Assembly (NCBI RefSeq): GCF_006345805.1
Contig: NC_043008.1
Coordinates: 44,888,001 to 44,952,000 of the forward strand
DNA length: 64,000 bases
Direction: 5' to 3'
Source: Octopus sinensis
Taxonomy: Eukaryota
The stretch's first letter is position 1, and every line of letters begins with the position of its first letter. Of the stretch, positions 37,576 to 50,350 are shown in pieces. The position numbers and the translations under genes are program-made. Under the pieces are notes generated by a model. It saw nothing but the letters and a program-made list of their open reading frames with translations. It did no database searches and was not told the DNA's origin.

Positions 37576-39364
37576 AAGACATTGTGAGTGTAAAGTGTTG
37601 AAAGATAAGGTGATGGTGAAACAAAAAGAGAACCGTAAATGAAGAGTGAAATATTTAAATGAATGTTTAAATCAGGCGAAATTGAATGGAGAAAGATGGT
37701 TAGGAAAAAATAGAATATGTATATGCATGTGTGTCTATATATGTGTGTGCGCGCGCGCGCGTGTGCTTGTACGTGTGCGTCTTTACTTGTGTAAGTATGT
37801 GTATACATTTATTTACATACATACAAAAATACAGAAACACACACATATGTATATATATATAGTTATGCATATATATTTACATGCATACTTAAATACACTT
37901 ATGGCACATACATAGCCATATGTATGGAGCGTGTGTACTTGTGTGTGCTTCTGTGTGTGTGTGTGTGTGTGCGTGTGTGTGTGTGTATGCTTGATGTGAT
38001 ATCTATAAAACCATTATACACACTTAAATACATGCATTCACAAACACATACCATCATTAATATATTAATAGATATGATACACATTATAAGTCCAATGAAT
38101 TAACTCCCCTGCGATATAACTCTTCACAGTGGTTTAAGTGAGAGGACAAACAATGACACCTCAGTCTCACATGAAAAATTCATATCAGAATCGCCACTGA
38201 ACTCGATTTTCTCTTCGAACAATGGCCACTCTTGATAACACTTCGATTGTTCGAACATACGAGGCAGCAATTAATGTTTTGTTGTCTGAGACGGCGGTGT
38301 TTTTTCAATGGAAGTTTTGCAAAAGTGAAAACAGAATTAAAAAAAGGAAATAATTTAATAGGAGACCGAAAATAATCGTTGCTAGATCGCCACTAAGGAA
38401 AATCAATGAAGAAAATAAATAGAGGTGAAATAGATATCGACTATCTGTTGATTCTTTATATTTTCTTAGAGTTTAGTGAGATATTTATGCTTGAAAGTGA
38501 TAATCACAAGTGTGAAATAAAATAGGTAGAAAAATAAAACGAGAAGAAAAATTGTTTAAGAGAAAAATTGAGAGACAATGAGAAAGATGGACAAATACGC
38601 TGGTAGACAGCTAGCTAGATAGACAGGTATGGAGTCAAAGATTTACGTATGTATAGACATAGAGGAAGAGAGATAAATAGAGGCTTTGAATAATAGAAGG
38701 TTAGTTAACGGGCATAAATTCCATCAACACTACTAAATGGAAGTTGTAAAAGAAATACAAGTTTTGGATCAGGAATGGCAAACCTATGATGGAGATCAGA
38801 AGGAAGCAGCCGTAGTTTTAGTTAACAAGTAATGGAGTTTGAAAGTCATCTCCCTCTAATAAAAAAAGTTTGTGTAGATGCATTTAGTAAAAACTAAGCC
38901 ACTAAAAAACAGCGACATGCGCATCTATCGAACTCGTGGTCTCTTCTTGGGCGATTACTTTTTGTCTACCTCAGAAATAGAATGTGCTTTAAAACAATAT
39001 GTTTATGAAGTGATTGTTCCCAAACAAAAAGTATAGCTTCAGGCCTTTCAACAATATGTGTGTGTGTGTGTGTGTGTGTGTGTTATGTGTGTCATATAGA
39101 TAAAAATTTAATTCTAGAGTTTCTTCTATTGTATGCATAGAATAGAATACAAGTATATATTCTCTTAGTAGGAGTGTTAATTGAATTTATATTTCGATAC
39201 GCAGGTTTTTCATGAGGTTATAATAAACATTTGCCCAAGGTATCACGCAGTGGGACTGAACCCGGAATCGTGTGATTGAGAAGCAAGCTTCTTACCACAC
39301 GGCAACACATATACATGTACATATATATGTACATACGTACATACAGGTACGCATATGTACGTAA

Positions 39365-39436
<72 letters not shown>

Positions 39437-39466
39437 GTATATATATATATATTGTATATATATATA

Positions 39467-39511
<45 letters not shown>

Positions 39512-39659
39512 TATACATACATATACATACATTTACGTACACATATATACATGCATACATACACACATACACACACATACATAAATACATACATGCATAT
39601 ACATATATACATACATACACATATACTTACATACACGCAAATACATACATACACACACA

Positions 39660-39693
<34 letters not shown>

Positions 39694-40197
39694 CATACAT
39701 ACATACATACATACACACACATACACACACACATACACACATACATACGTACGTACCTACATACGTACATACAAAACTGTCGATCGGTTCGTTGATATTC
39801 ACTCCCTGGCCAATTATTATCAGTCCAATTATTTTCATATATATATTTCCCTAAGTGTTATTTAGACAAGCAGGGCGGCATTACATCAGCCTTATAATTG
39901 TATTGACATAGCAATAAATCACCAATACCAGTATATATAATCGATGGCTGAGTCTGTGTGTATGGAGTCGGGACAGACGCTGTTTTTTGTAGCGTTCTGT
40001 TTGGGCAATGTTTGCTGTTCATCAAATATTTTGTCGACTCTTTTGTGGGCCATTGTGACTATTGGAGACAATATACACACGCCCACACACGTATTCACCA
40101 CTCACACACATTCACCACTCACACACACACACACACACTCACATACATGTACACGTGTGTGAGTGTATGTTATATACCTGTGTGTATATGTATATGT

Positions 40198-40450
40198 GTG
40201 GAGGTGCGTGGTTTAGTGGTTAGGGTGTCAGCATCATGAAGGCAAAATTCTGGTTTCGATTCCTGGACCGGGCGACGCGTTGTGTTCTTGAGCAAAACAC
40301 TTCATTTCACGTTGCTCCAGTCCACTCAGCTGACAAAAGTGAGTAACGCTGCGATGGACTAGTGTCCTATCCAGTTGGGGAACACATACGCCTTTGAAAC
40401 CGGAAAACCGGGCCCATGAGCCTGGCTAGCCTTTAAAAGGGCGAGAAGAA
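40198..40450 (+). mobile_element. SINE family D, full length
   Basis: GTGGAGGTGCGTGGTTTAGTGGTTAGGG head, TTCGATTCCTGG B-box, GTTCTTGAGCAAAACAC core and GCTGCGATGGACTAG...GGGCCCATGAGCCTGGCTAG tail. Confidence 0.8.
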
Positions 40451-40482
40451 ACTATGTATATGTATATGTATATGCATACATA

Positions 40483-40775
40483 CGAGGAGGTACCCAAAAC
40501 TAAGTGGAAACGTTCTGTGTGACAAGCCCGTTGTAGTTCAGGCTTCCACTGCTAAAAGCAACTTGATGTGAACCTCAGGCATCAGTCTGCAAAACGGAGT
40601 CGTCCTGTGTAGTCGTAATGTCACGTCTTGCGTCTTTGTTTTGTTGTGCTTCTCCTCTGTTTGTCGATTTTTGCAATGGCTGAAACGAAGGGAGATCGTG
40701 CTTCCGTGAAATTCTGTTTTCTGCGAGGGAAAAACGGTGGCAGAAACACATATCATGCTTCAGACTTGGAAGCGA
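40483..40775 (+). mobile_element. mariner element 5' end (TIR and transposase start)
   Basis: TA|CGAGGAGGTACCCAAAA terminus. The ATG at 40676 gives MAETKGDRASVKFCFLRGK, a mariner N-terminal HTH start. Confidence 0.7.
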
Positions 40776-40779
40776 CATG

Positions 40780-41160
40780 CTGTAATGCTTGGCATTCGCG
40801 CCGGAAGCTCCAATACGAACATTCCAGAGTATTTGAGTGTCAATCTGAGGACAGTGCAGAGGAATCGGAAAGAGTTGGATGAGTCTAATGGTGATTAGGA
40901 AGGTACAGCAACTCGGAAAACTTCTGATAAGAAAAGAACTCCTGAATTTGTTGTTAAGATCCAGGCCATGATTGACAACGATCCCTCCAAGTCAATCAGG
41001 TCCATCGTCTGGGTTATGGAAGTTTCTGAATTTCTTATCAGCCAAGTAGTTCATGAAGACATTCGGTATTCCTCATACAAGATGAGAAAGGACCAATTTT
41101 TATCCCAAGCCATCAAGGATAAGAAGAAATACCGCGCTACGAAGCTTTTGAACAAACTCA
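40780..41160 (+). mobile_element. IS630-Tc1-mariner transposase N-terminal fragment (DD37D/maT-like by inference)
   Basis: LSVNLRTVQR..KKRTPEFVVKIQAMIDNDPSKSIRSI..VSEFLISQVVHEDIRYSSYKMRK..FLSQAIKDK..ATKLLNKLK. Confidence 0.75.
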
Positions 41161-41164
41161 AGGG

Positions 41165-41759
41165 CGCGAAAGCTACGTTGTTATCCTCATTCCGTAAACG
41201 GTGGCTTTAACGGGTGGAGATCTGAACCATCCTGGGGTACAGAGGATTCGCAATCTAGACTAGGGTCTGAAAGTTTACCACACCATAGTGGGTTACACCA
41301 TGGTTCCTCTGCTTTGTGGCAGAAGTAGGAAGAAAGAGTGAGAGAAAGTTGTGGTGAAAGAGTACAGCGGGGTTCAACACCCACCCACGCCGCCGGAGCC
41401 TCGTGGAGCTTAGGTGCTTTTGCTCAATAAACACTCACAATGCCCGGTCTGGGAATCGAAATCACGTTCTTACGACCTATTTCTTTACTACCCACAAGGG
41501 GCTATACTCAGAGAGGACAAACAAGGATAGACAAACGGATTAAGTCGATTATATCGACCTCAGTGAGTAACTGGTACTTATTTAATCGACCCCGAAAGGA
41601 TGAAAGACAAAGTTTACCTCGGCGGAATTTGAACTCAGAACGTAGCGGCAGACGAAATACGGCTACGTATTTCGCCCGGCGTGCTAACGTTTCTGCCAGC
41701 TCGCTCGTCTTACAACCGCGAGTCCGCTGCCCTAACCACTGGGCCATTGCGCCTGCACT
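41165..41759 (-). mobile_element. SINE family C (third tail type) interrupted by a family B SINE
   Basis: Head GTGCAGGCGCAATGGCCCAGTGGTTAGGGCAGCGGAC at 41720-41759. The body continues on the other side of the nested insert. Confidence 0.8.
41478..41707 (-). mobile_element. SINE family B nested in family C, 10-bp TSD
   Basis: TSD TCTTACGACC (41468-41477) / TCTTACAACC (41708-41717). Confidence 0.9.
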
Positions 41760-42405
41760 CTGTTGCTGCAACGGACAAAGGGTGTGTAAACGTTAGCTAC
41801 GACGGTTTGTGAAGTATAAGCTACAACTGCTTGTAAAATTTAGCTGTAGTGGCTTGCAACAGTAAATGGTGCTTCAGTTCGTATTTTCAGTGTTCGTTAC
41901 AATGGCCGAAGCTGGTTAAATCCTCGCAAGTAAAATGAAACCTCTGCGAATTGTCTAAGTTGAAATGACCTGTTATCAGTGAACAGAAATGAGAAATAAT
42001 ATGTAGTATCATAGACAATTAGCTGTACAATTCCTGGCTGATGCGGTGATTACTGTAATATAATTAGTCTTCAGAGACGTTCTTTATAGTTATTGGTAAA
42101 AGATTGTAAAAGAGGCTGGTGGTAAAAAAGCTCGAATTTAAAGTGACCGACTCGGGTTCGAATCCTAAAATTTGTGAAAAGCTGTTGACCAAACGGCAGA
42201 AGTTTTGTTTATCTTTCGTGCCATTTTCTCTTCTGCATCGACAGCAGCAGCTGTGACCCACACTTTATTGTTTGTTGTGTAATCTGGCTTTTATATAGCT
42301 ACATGTCTGTCCTTAGGCACCGCTGACGGAATCACTTGATCTTAATCATGATACATAGATACATACATGCATACATACATACATATATACATACATATAT
42401 ATATA

Positions 42406-42527
<122 letters not shown>

Positions 42528-42793
42528 CATACATATATATATATGTATATATACATATATATATTCATATATATATATATACACATACACCCACACACAT
42601 ACATATATATGTATATGTATATATATATATGTTTATGTATGTATATATATGGATGTATATATATGCATATATATATGTATGTATGTATGTATATATATAT
42701 ATGTATGTATATATATATATGTATACACACATATATAATATATGTATATATACATTTACACACACATTTATATATATACATATATATACATGC

Positions 42794-42833
<40 letters not shown>

Positions 42834-43359
42834 ACTCAAACTTTTAGGTTATATTTGTTCTAGCTTAATAGGGATTGAGAGCCAACGGTCGCCTAATCCT
42901 AGTTAATCTTGTTAACATGTCTTTCCGGAAACACACTTTGTAACATATTGATTTCTTCCAACTTGAAAGTATATCGATAGTGTAAAAATATTGTTACTTA
43001 ATTCATCGATCAATACTGGACAATGACTCTGGACTGTCATGAAAAATTCATCACCTTCCTTTGTTAGCCATTTCTAGTGTTTTCGTGCCATGTATCGGCT
43101 CAAGATTTGTGTGGTTAATTTTAGTATTGGCTCTATAAAAATGAGAAACCGTTAGAGGACCAGTGAAACAGAAGCTGACGCAGGCTTCACTTTTAACAAG
43201 ATTTGACGATAAACCTCATTGGTGTCATGTAACATTGTCAAACGTTTCATCGTGATTTGAACTTAGAAAGTAAAGGCGAGTTCACCAAATTTTACTAACC
43301 CAACAACAACAATGATAATGATGATGATAATAATAATACTAATACTAATACTAATTATG

Positions 43360-43436
<77 letters not shown>

Positions 43437-43444
43437 AAAAATTT

Positions 43445-43900
43445 TTAATGATTGTGTTTTCGCAATAAATTGTCCACTGAAATAACAAAACACTTCAGGA
43501 CGATTTCTACACTGTCTTGACATTGTTAACACTGTAAAACAAGTAAGGAAATAGATACAAACGGTTATACTTGTATTGAATTTGAGATGATGAAATATTT
43601 CATCAGACCAATTATGACTGGACAATTTCAGATGTTGAAATACTTATTTCATCAGACAAAACTTGATTGGTTAATTTTAAGATGATGAAATATTGCTTCT
43701 GAACTATGCAGCAATGAATAATGTAGTTTATTTTAAAGGTATGTTGCCATGATGTAAATGAAATACATGCTTACACGTCATTAATTAGAATTTCTATATA
43801 ATGCATGAGCTAAAACCTAAAATCTTTCTCATCTTGAAAACTGTACGTGATGTCAAAAAACTAATTTTTTATTTGAAATCAGCGTTAAAAACTACATTGA
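43445..43900 (-). mobile_element. Chapaev/CMC-like DNA transposon 5' end
   Basis: The ATG at 43523 gives MSRQCRNRPEVFCYFSGQF, resembling the C..N.P..FCY.CG N-terminus of Chapaev-type transposases. Repeated AGATG.TGAAATA motifs lie upstream. Truncated by (ATT)n. Confidence 0.45.
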
Positions 43901-44297
43901 GTTCACCTTGACATAGGCTTGATGAAAAATATTTGTTGACAAATGTTATCGTATCGATCCTTGGGGGTTAGGTGTGTGGATGAGAAGTAAAGTTGGCTCC
44001 AGTGGAATCCGAACTCAGAAAGCAATGACCCGGAAGAAATACTGCTTGATATTTTGTCCTGCGCTCACAGATTTCGCTGCTGGTATTTTCCAAAAGGAAA
44101 TCACAGAAAAAAGTGAAAAAGAATATATTTGAAAAGGTTAGAGTTTGTACTGAAGTCGAGAGTAAATTCAAAGAATTTGATAAATAAGGTAAAGACGTGA
44201 ATAAATGTCATGCGTTGTTCCTACATAAAACGGAAAATTGGAGATAGATAGAGATAGGGAGGGAGAGAGAGAGAGAGTGAGGGGAAAGAGAGAGAGT

Positions 44298-44665
44298 GAG
44301 GGGGACTTGTTAGCATTTCTGATTGTGTGGTTGAAGAACAAAGTTCTGTAAAGCATTACTTTTCAAAGAGTGAAGAACTACTTAAACATGCTGCAATGGA
44401 ACTTGGATTTACTTGTATGGAATTTCAAGAGATGAAAGCACAAGCTGGATAATTTGTGAAAGAAAGAACGCACCAGAAGAAAATGTAGTCACGAGGACAA
44501 TTATATCGAGGAATGTCAAAAATAATAACACTTTGGTGGGAGTGACGTTGGAATGGAGATTTATCGTGAGAAACCGAAAGTTTGTTAACGGCTGCGCAAA
44601 ATCAAACTCTAACTAATAGTTTAGTGAATAAGAGTATTTATTCCACTGCTTCCACAGACAGGGGC
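44298..44665 (+). pseudogene. old R4-clade RT C-terminal fragment
   Basis: GGLVSISDCVVEEQSSVKHY..EELLKHAAMELG..ETESLLTAAQNQTL. Confidence 0.65.
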
Positions 44666-44786
44666 CACCATTATAATCAACGAGTAGAAAATACTGAGTT
44701 ATACTGTTGCGGGATGCATAATTTTATCTTGGGAAGGACATAAGCGACGTCTTGCTGAGGTTTGTATTAACTCTATAACAAATATA

Positions 44787-45019
44787 TATTTTTTTACTAC
44801 CCACAAGGAGCTAAACACAGAGGGGACAAACAAGGACAGACAAACGGATTAAGTCGATTACATCGACCCCAGTGCGTAACTGGTACTTAATTTATCGACC
44901 CCGAAAGGATGAAAGGCAAAGTCGACCTCGGCGGAATTTGAACTCAGAACGTAACGGCAGACGAAATACGGCTACGCATTTCGCCCGGTGTGCTAACGTT
45001 TCTGCCAGCTCGCCGCCTT
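44787..45019 (-). mobile_element. SINE family B, full length and young, 20-bp TSD
   Basis: Perfect TSD TTAACTCTATAACAAATATA at 44767-44786 and 45020-45039. Confidence 0.95.
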
Positions 45020-45029
45020 TTAACTCTAT

Positions 45030-45359
45030 AACAAATATAGTCATGAGAAGGGGACAGGTAATTAACAGCGAAGGGATCCAATTACCAGATGCCCAGACAT
45101 TAAAATCATTGAAAGGAGGAGAGAGATACAAGTATCTAGGGGTATTAGAATCTGACAGAGTACTAACTACGGAAATGAGAACGAAAATTGAGAAGGCGCA
45201 GGAGTGGCTGTGTGGTAAGTAGCTTGCTAACCAGCCACATGGTTGCGGGTTCAGTCCCACTGCGTGGAATCTTGGGCAAGTGTCTTTTGCTATAGCCCCG
45301 GGCCGACCAATGCCTTGTGAGTGGATTTGATAGACGGAAACTGAAATAAGCCTATTGTA

Positions 45360-45442
<83 letters not shown>

Positions 45443-46945
45443 TGTGTGTGGTGGTTGTGTGTGTGTGTGTTTGTGTGTCTGTGTTTGTCCCGCTAGCATT
45501 GCTTGACAACCGATGCTGGTGTGTTTATGTCCCCGTCACTTAGCGGTTCGGCAAAAGAGACCGATAGAATAAGCACTGGGCTTACAAAGAATAAGTCCCG
45601 GGGTCGATTTGATCGACTAAAGGCGGTGCTCCAGCATGGCCGCAGTCAAATGACTGAAACAAGTAAAAGAGTAAAAGAGTAAAAGAGAGAGTAAGGAATA
45701 CATCAGAAGTGTGAAGAAGCTAATGAAGTCAAATCTGAATCCAGTGAAGTCTGAATCTAGTGAAGGCTGTTAATACTTGGGCAGTATCATCACTTAGATA
45801 CTCAGTGGCTTTTGTAGATTGGACGAAAACTGAATTAGCAAAAAGCTAGACAGAAAAGTTAGGAAGAAATTCAATTTGAATGAGGACTCCACTTAAGAGC
45901 AGGAGTAGCGCGATTATACCTACTTAGAAAGAAGGCGGAAGAGGGTTGATATCGATAGAAGATAGCGTGGAGTTAGCTAGAGTAGATATAAATTCCTATG
46001 TAGGTAATAGTGAAGAAAGTTTGTTAAAAGCTGCAAGAATCACAGCAAAACACAGGGAGACCAAAAATCCGAGCGAAGTTAAAAACCAGAAAAAAGGACA
46101 GAAATTATCTGACTGGTAGGAGAAGGCGTTGCATGGTAGATTCCAAAAGAGAGTTGCAGCAAGTAGTAGTAGTGAGACATAGTTGTAATTGCAGAAAGGA
46201 AAGCTGTAGAGGGATACAGAAAGTTTGTTAGTAGCTGCACAAGATCAAGCATTAAGGACTAATTGGATGAAAGCCAAGAAGACTAAAACGAAGTAGATTC
46301 CCAATGTAGATTATGCAAATCAAAAGAGGAAAGCGTTACTCATATAGTAAGTGAATGTAGCATGTTGGCACAGAAAGAATACAAGAAAAGACATGACAAC
46401 CTAGGGAGAGTAATCCACTGGGAGTGATGTAGATAGCTAGGATTTGAACATACTGATAAATGGTATGGACATGAATCTAGTAAAGTACTAGAAAGTAATA
46501 AATACAAGATGTTGTGAGACTTAAACGTTGAGACTGAGAGAATAATAGAAGCTAGAAGGCTTGATTTGATAGTAGTAGACAAAGAGAATAGAAAATGCCA
46601 GATAATGGACTTTACAGTCGCAAATGATGGAAACGTTAATATGAGAAGTATAGAAAAAATATCAAAGTACCAAGACCTGGTCATTGAATTACAAAGACTA
46701 TAGAAAGTGTGGGTAAAATGTATCCCAGTAGTTATAGGTACATTGGGAACTATCCCTAAAGATTTGAACAAATGGATAAAGGAAATAGACATAGAACCCA
46801 GTTTAATACAGTTGCAGAAAACAGTGTTATTAGGGACAGCTTGGATACTTAGGAGGATTCTTGGCATCTAAGGCTACTTATTGTAACCCGATGCTAGGAT
46901 TCTTTTCTTTTCCAGCAGTCTAATCTGTTGAGCATATATGATGGT
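45030..46945 (+). mobile_element. R4/Dong-clade LINE 3' 1.4 kb (RT end, CCHC knuckle, RLE, 3' UTR) interrupted by SINE A
   Basis: RYKYLGVLE, RLYL..GRGLISIED, EKALHG, AAQDQALRTN, CRLCKSKEESVTHIVSEC, RHDN..IHW and IPVVIGTLG..GTAWILRRILGI* (stop 46869-46871), followed by (GAT)n(AAT)n. Confidence 0.9.
45195..45691 (+). mobile_element. SINE family A, full length, inserted in the R4/Dong element
   Basis: GGCGCAGGAGTGGCTGTGTGGTAAG head, GGGTTCAGTCCC B-box, internal (TA)n(TG)n and (AGTAAAAG)n tail. The host reading frame resumes as KEYIR. Confidence 0.9.
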
Positions 46946-46993
46946 GATGATGATGATGATTATGATGATGATGATAATAATAATAATAATAAT

Positions 46994-47043
<50 letters not shown>

Positions 47044-47084
47044 TGATAATAATAATAATAATAATAATAATGATAATAATAATA

Positions 47085-47133
<49 letters not shown>

Positions 47134-47150
47134 TTCTACTATAGGCACAA
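46945..47150. repeat. (GAT)n(AAT)n tract shared tail-to-tail by the Dong-like LINE and a SINE B variant
   Basis: Direct read. The SINE B variant at 47150-47280 (minus) ends here with GGCCTTGTGCCTATAGTAGAAATT(ATT)n. Confidence 0.85.
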
Positions 47151-47519
47151 GGCCTGAAATTTGGAGTGAGGGGACTAGTCGATTACATCGACTCCAGTGT
47201 TTTACTGGTACTTAATTTATCGACCCTGAAAGGATGAAAGGCAGAGTCGACCTCGGTGGAATTTGAACTCAGAGTCGGAAGAACTACCTCAAAGCATTAG
47301 CTTTTCTAATTTCAGCAAGTTTTGATACCAAAGGATCAATAAAAACCAACGCCCTCAGTACACGACTGGTATCGTATACTATGAACCTCCGGTCGCATGA
47401 ATGACAAATTCGATCTCGGTTAGTATTTGAATTCCCATTATTAATAATAATTTAGACGCAAGGATATCTTGAAGCAACATTCTACAAATGCAACACCTTT
47501 ACTGCTAATACACCATTAC

Positions 47520-47691
47520 GATGGCGACGATGACGACGATGACGATGATGATAGTAATGGTGATGATGGTGATAATGATGATGTTGGTGGTGATGACGAT
47601 GATGACGACGACGATGATGATGATGAAGTTGATAATGATGATGATGGTGATGACAGTGATGATGTGGACGATGATGATGATGATGATGATA

Positions 47692-47726
<35 letters not shown>

Positions 47727-47879
47727 ATTGGTGGTGGCGATGATGACGACGACGACGCTGATGAAGTAGGTAATGATGATGATGATGATGATGATGATAT
47801 CGACGACGACAACGACGATGAAGATGATAGTGACAGTGATAATAATGAAACTAATAACAGCAACAACAACGATGACGGC

Positions 47880-47931
<52 letters not shown>

Positions 47932-48000
47932 ATGATGATAATGATGATAATGATGATGATGATCATCATCATAATGATGTTGATGATGCTGACGATGATG
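47520..48000. repeat. complex (GAT/GAC/GCT)n tract
   Basis: Direct read. It is the source of the poly-Asp ORF. Confidence 0.9.
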
Positions 48001-48464
48001 ATGGAGAAAGCATTTGTTTTCTAGTCGTAATGAAATCGCTTGCAAAGCTTCAGGAAATGACGAGGAACAAACCAAAATGTAAAAATAAACAGGAAAAAAA
48101 AGAAATTCTATGTCTAGTTCGAAAATGGACAAATTCTTCCGCCAGATATCGTCTTGAACTAGAAATGGCATATCAAGTATAATATATCATTATTTGAGAT
48201 CTTTATCTCTGTTAAGTAGCTTAAAGGTTTTAAGTTCGGCTTATTGAGCGTCGCGACGAAATAGCCTAGACTCCCCTCCGTGATCTTTAACCCACGCCGT
48301 GGTTTAGATTTCCAGAAACACATTGCTTTATTGTTTGAGGATGGCATTGTTTATCGGTCTGTTGTTTCTTGCGTAAAATCGAATCAATAGAAATCTAGTT
48401 TGGAGCTAATGCAAGAGTCAAAATGTTAAAACAAAACATGACTTGTTATCTAAATAGAAATAAC

Positions 48465-48855
48465 GGCGCCAGGTTTAGAGCGAACTGGCGGAAGGCAAAC
48501 GCACAGAAGGTGAACAGAAAAAGCGGTTCAAGGACACACTGTTCAAGTGTCACTGAAGAGATTTGAGATGAAACCTGATCCCTGGGAAATGCAAGCACAA
48601 CACCGCCCTCCCTGTCGAAGATGGACTGACCTCCTACGACAACAACAAAATTGCAGGGGCACAAAAAAAAATGCGGACAACGCAAGCCTAAAGTCAACAG
48701 CGTGCCTTTTGTGCCAACAGACCACCAGTGCCTGACCTGCGACAAAGGCTTCCAAGTACGCATCGGGATGATTGGCCACAGCTGGACACACCGTGGCCCG
48801 TCTTCTTTTTATTCCATGCGATGTCCTTGATCATCGTCGACAACGACGGACGAAC
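48465..48855 (+). mobile_element. RTE-clade LINE 3' end
   Basis: SELAEGKRTEGEQKKRFKDTL..SLKRFEMKPDPWE..QCLTCDKGFQVRIGMIGHSWTHR (terminal C2H2), ending ATCGTCGACAACGACGGACGAAC. Confidence 0.85.
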
Positions 48856-49208
48856 TAATAAAGGCATCAATAAAACACAAAAAGACAAAAAAATCTGTCT
48901 AGGAATCTTAAAGTTATTTAACATTTATTGTTGTCTGATGTCTTCAGAGAAAGCCGCTTTAATGGCGACAATCTTTGCCAACATATTTTCTTTTATGTAC
49001 TGTTTGTTGTGGTTTGTGTCTCCTTTTTCTCCTACTGTTGCTGCGGCTGCTGCTGCGGCTGCTGCTGTTGCTGTTGACGGTGGATGACTTCAGATAAGCG
49101 CTAACCAATCATTATCTACCAGTGAGAATTTACAAAAAGCAAAAGACGAAGACGGGTGTGTAAAGGACAAACAGACGTATTAGTTTAACGCTCAGGAATA
49201 GAAAAAGT

Positions 49209-49244
49209 CTTTTAAGTTCCGCGCCTACGCCTTTCGACAGAAAG
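49209..49244 (-). ncRNA. degenerate hammerhead with CUGUCGA core (PLE pLTR, about 49118-49300)
   Basis: Minus strand: CTTT-CTGTCGA-AAGGC gta GGCGC-GGAAC-TT-A-AAAG. Stem I CTTT/AAAG is intact. Confidence 0.4.
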
Positions 49245-49532
49245 GTACACAGAAATAAACAGGGAGAGAAAATAGAAAGAGTGGCTAGCGATCTATCCAG
49301 GCATGACAGAAAAACTTCTCATCTTTTACTTTGCCATTGATGTAGCGCTGGTGAAGTTAAACATGTGGTAACGGTATCTTCATGTAGCTACTGTCTTACC
49401 TTTGGCTTTCACTTACTTTCATGGTTTGGGCCGATGTACACCGTACATTTTTTATTGAAAAGGTTTATCAATAATAGTGAATATAACCGTTTTGAACATG
49501 TATAATCAAACATATTTCACAAAGCCAGCAAA

Positions 49533-49756
49533 TTCACCACAACTTTCTCTCACTCTTTCTTCCTTTTTCTGTTGTACCTGTATTTCAAAGGGGCCAGCCT
49601 TGTCACACTCTGTGTCACGCTGAATCTCCCCGAGAACTACGTTAAGGGTACACGTGTCTGTGGATTGCTCAGACACTTGCACGTTAATTTCACGAGCAGG
49701 CTGTTGCGCTGATGATATCAGCTGGAACCCTCGTCGTCGTAACCGACGGAGTACCA
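49533..49756 (+). mobile_element. SINE family C, 3' part
   Basis: CACCACAACTTTCTCTCACTCTTT...GTAACCGACGGAGTACCA. Matches 22032-22260. Confidence 0.85.
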
Positions 49757-50149
49757 TATATATATATATATATATATACTCTCCTGGAATATGACTACAG
49801 GTTATTTTACTCGTGTGCTAGATTCGGTCTTTCACCTGTAGCTATGCTGAGGCATATTCTTGAAGGGTGTGGCAGGTGGATTGTCATTTGACCCAGGATG
49901 ATAAAGAGAGGAACGCATACTTTGAGTTTGCAGCACCAAATGTACACCCTGATTATAGACTCATGATTGGACGTTGAAAATAAACCGGTGTCTCTCAGTA
50001 AAAAGTCACCTCTAAACAGAAAATCGGTGACCAATTACTTACGTCACACCAAAAACCGAAAACTGACCGATAGGCAAAATATGAAGATACTTCGATTTTA
50101 GAGTCAGTCTTTACATCCTTATGTAACCTTGATTCCTTTTGGAATCGGT

Positions 50150-50350
50150 AAAATATAGTATCAGTGAAATACTTGGGTCGATTGCATTACCAGACGGCGT
50201 ACCAACAAAACAGTTATTAAATCCTAAATGAAACAGTAAGGAAGCCTACAAGTTCTTCCTTAACCTGTGGAAGAAAGGGCAAGGCCTAGGAAAATCTTCA
50301 GGACCTTCAAGACTAATGCGACGAAGGTATCCCTAAAGCGGGCCTGGAGT
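50150..50350 (+). pseudogene. old RTE RT fragment
   Basis: Frameshifted KYLG-SIALPDG..LNLWK..KIFRTFKTN, resembling RTE KYLGS...LWK...KxRIFxTNV. Confidence 0.4.

Noticed and set aside
37749-37761. (GC)6 run within a TG repeat (Z-DNA-prone)
   Set aside because: Short and embedded in ordinary microsatellite, with no evidence of function.
43620-43660. Minus-strand CTGATGA...GAAA
   Set aside because: The stems do not pair. It is better explained as subterminal repeats of the DNA transposon relic.
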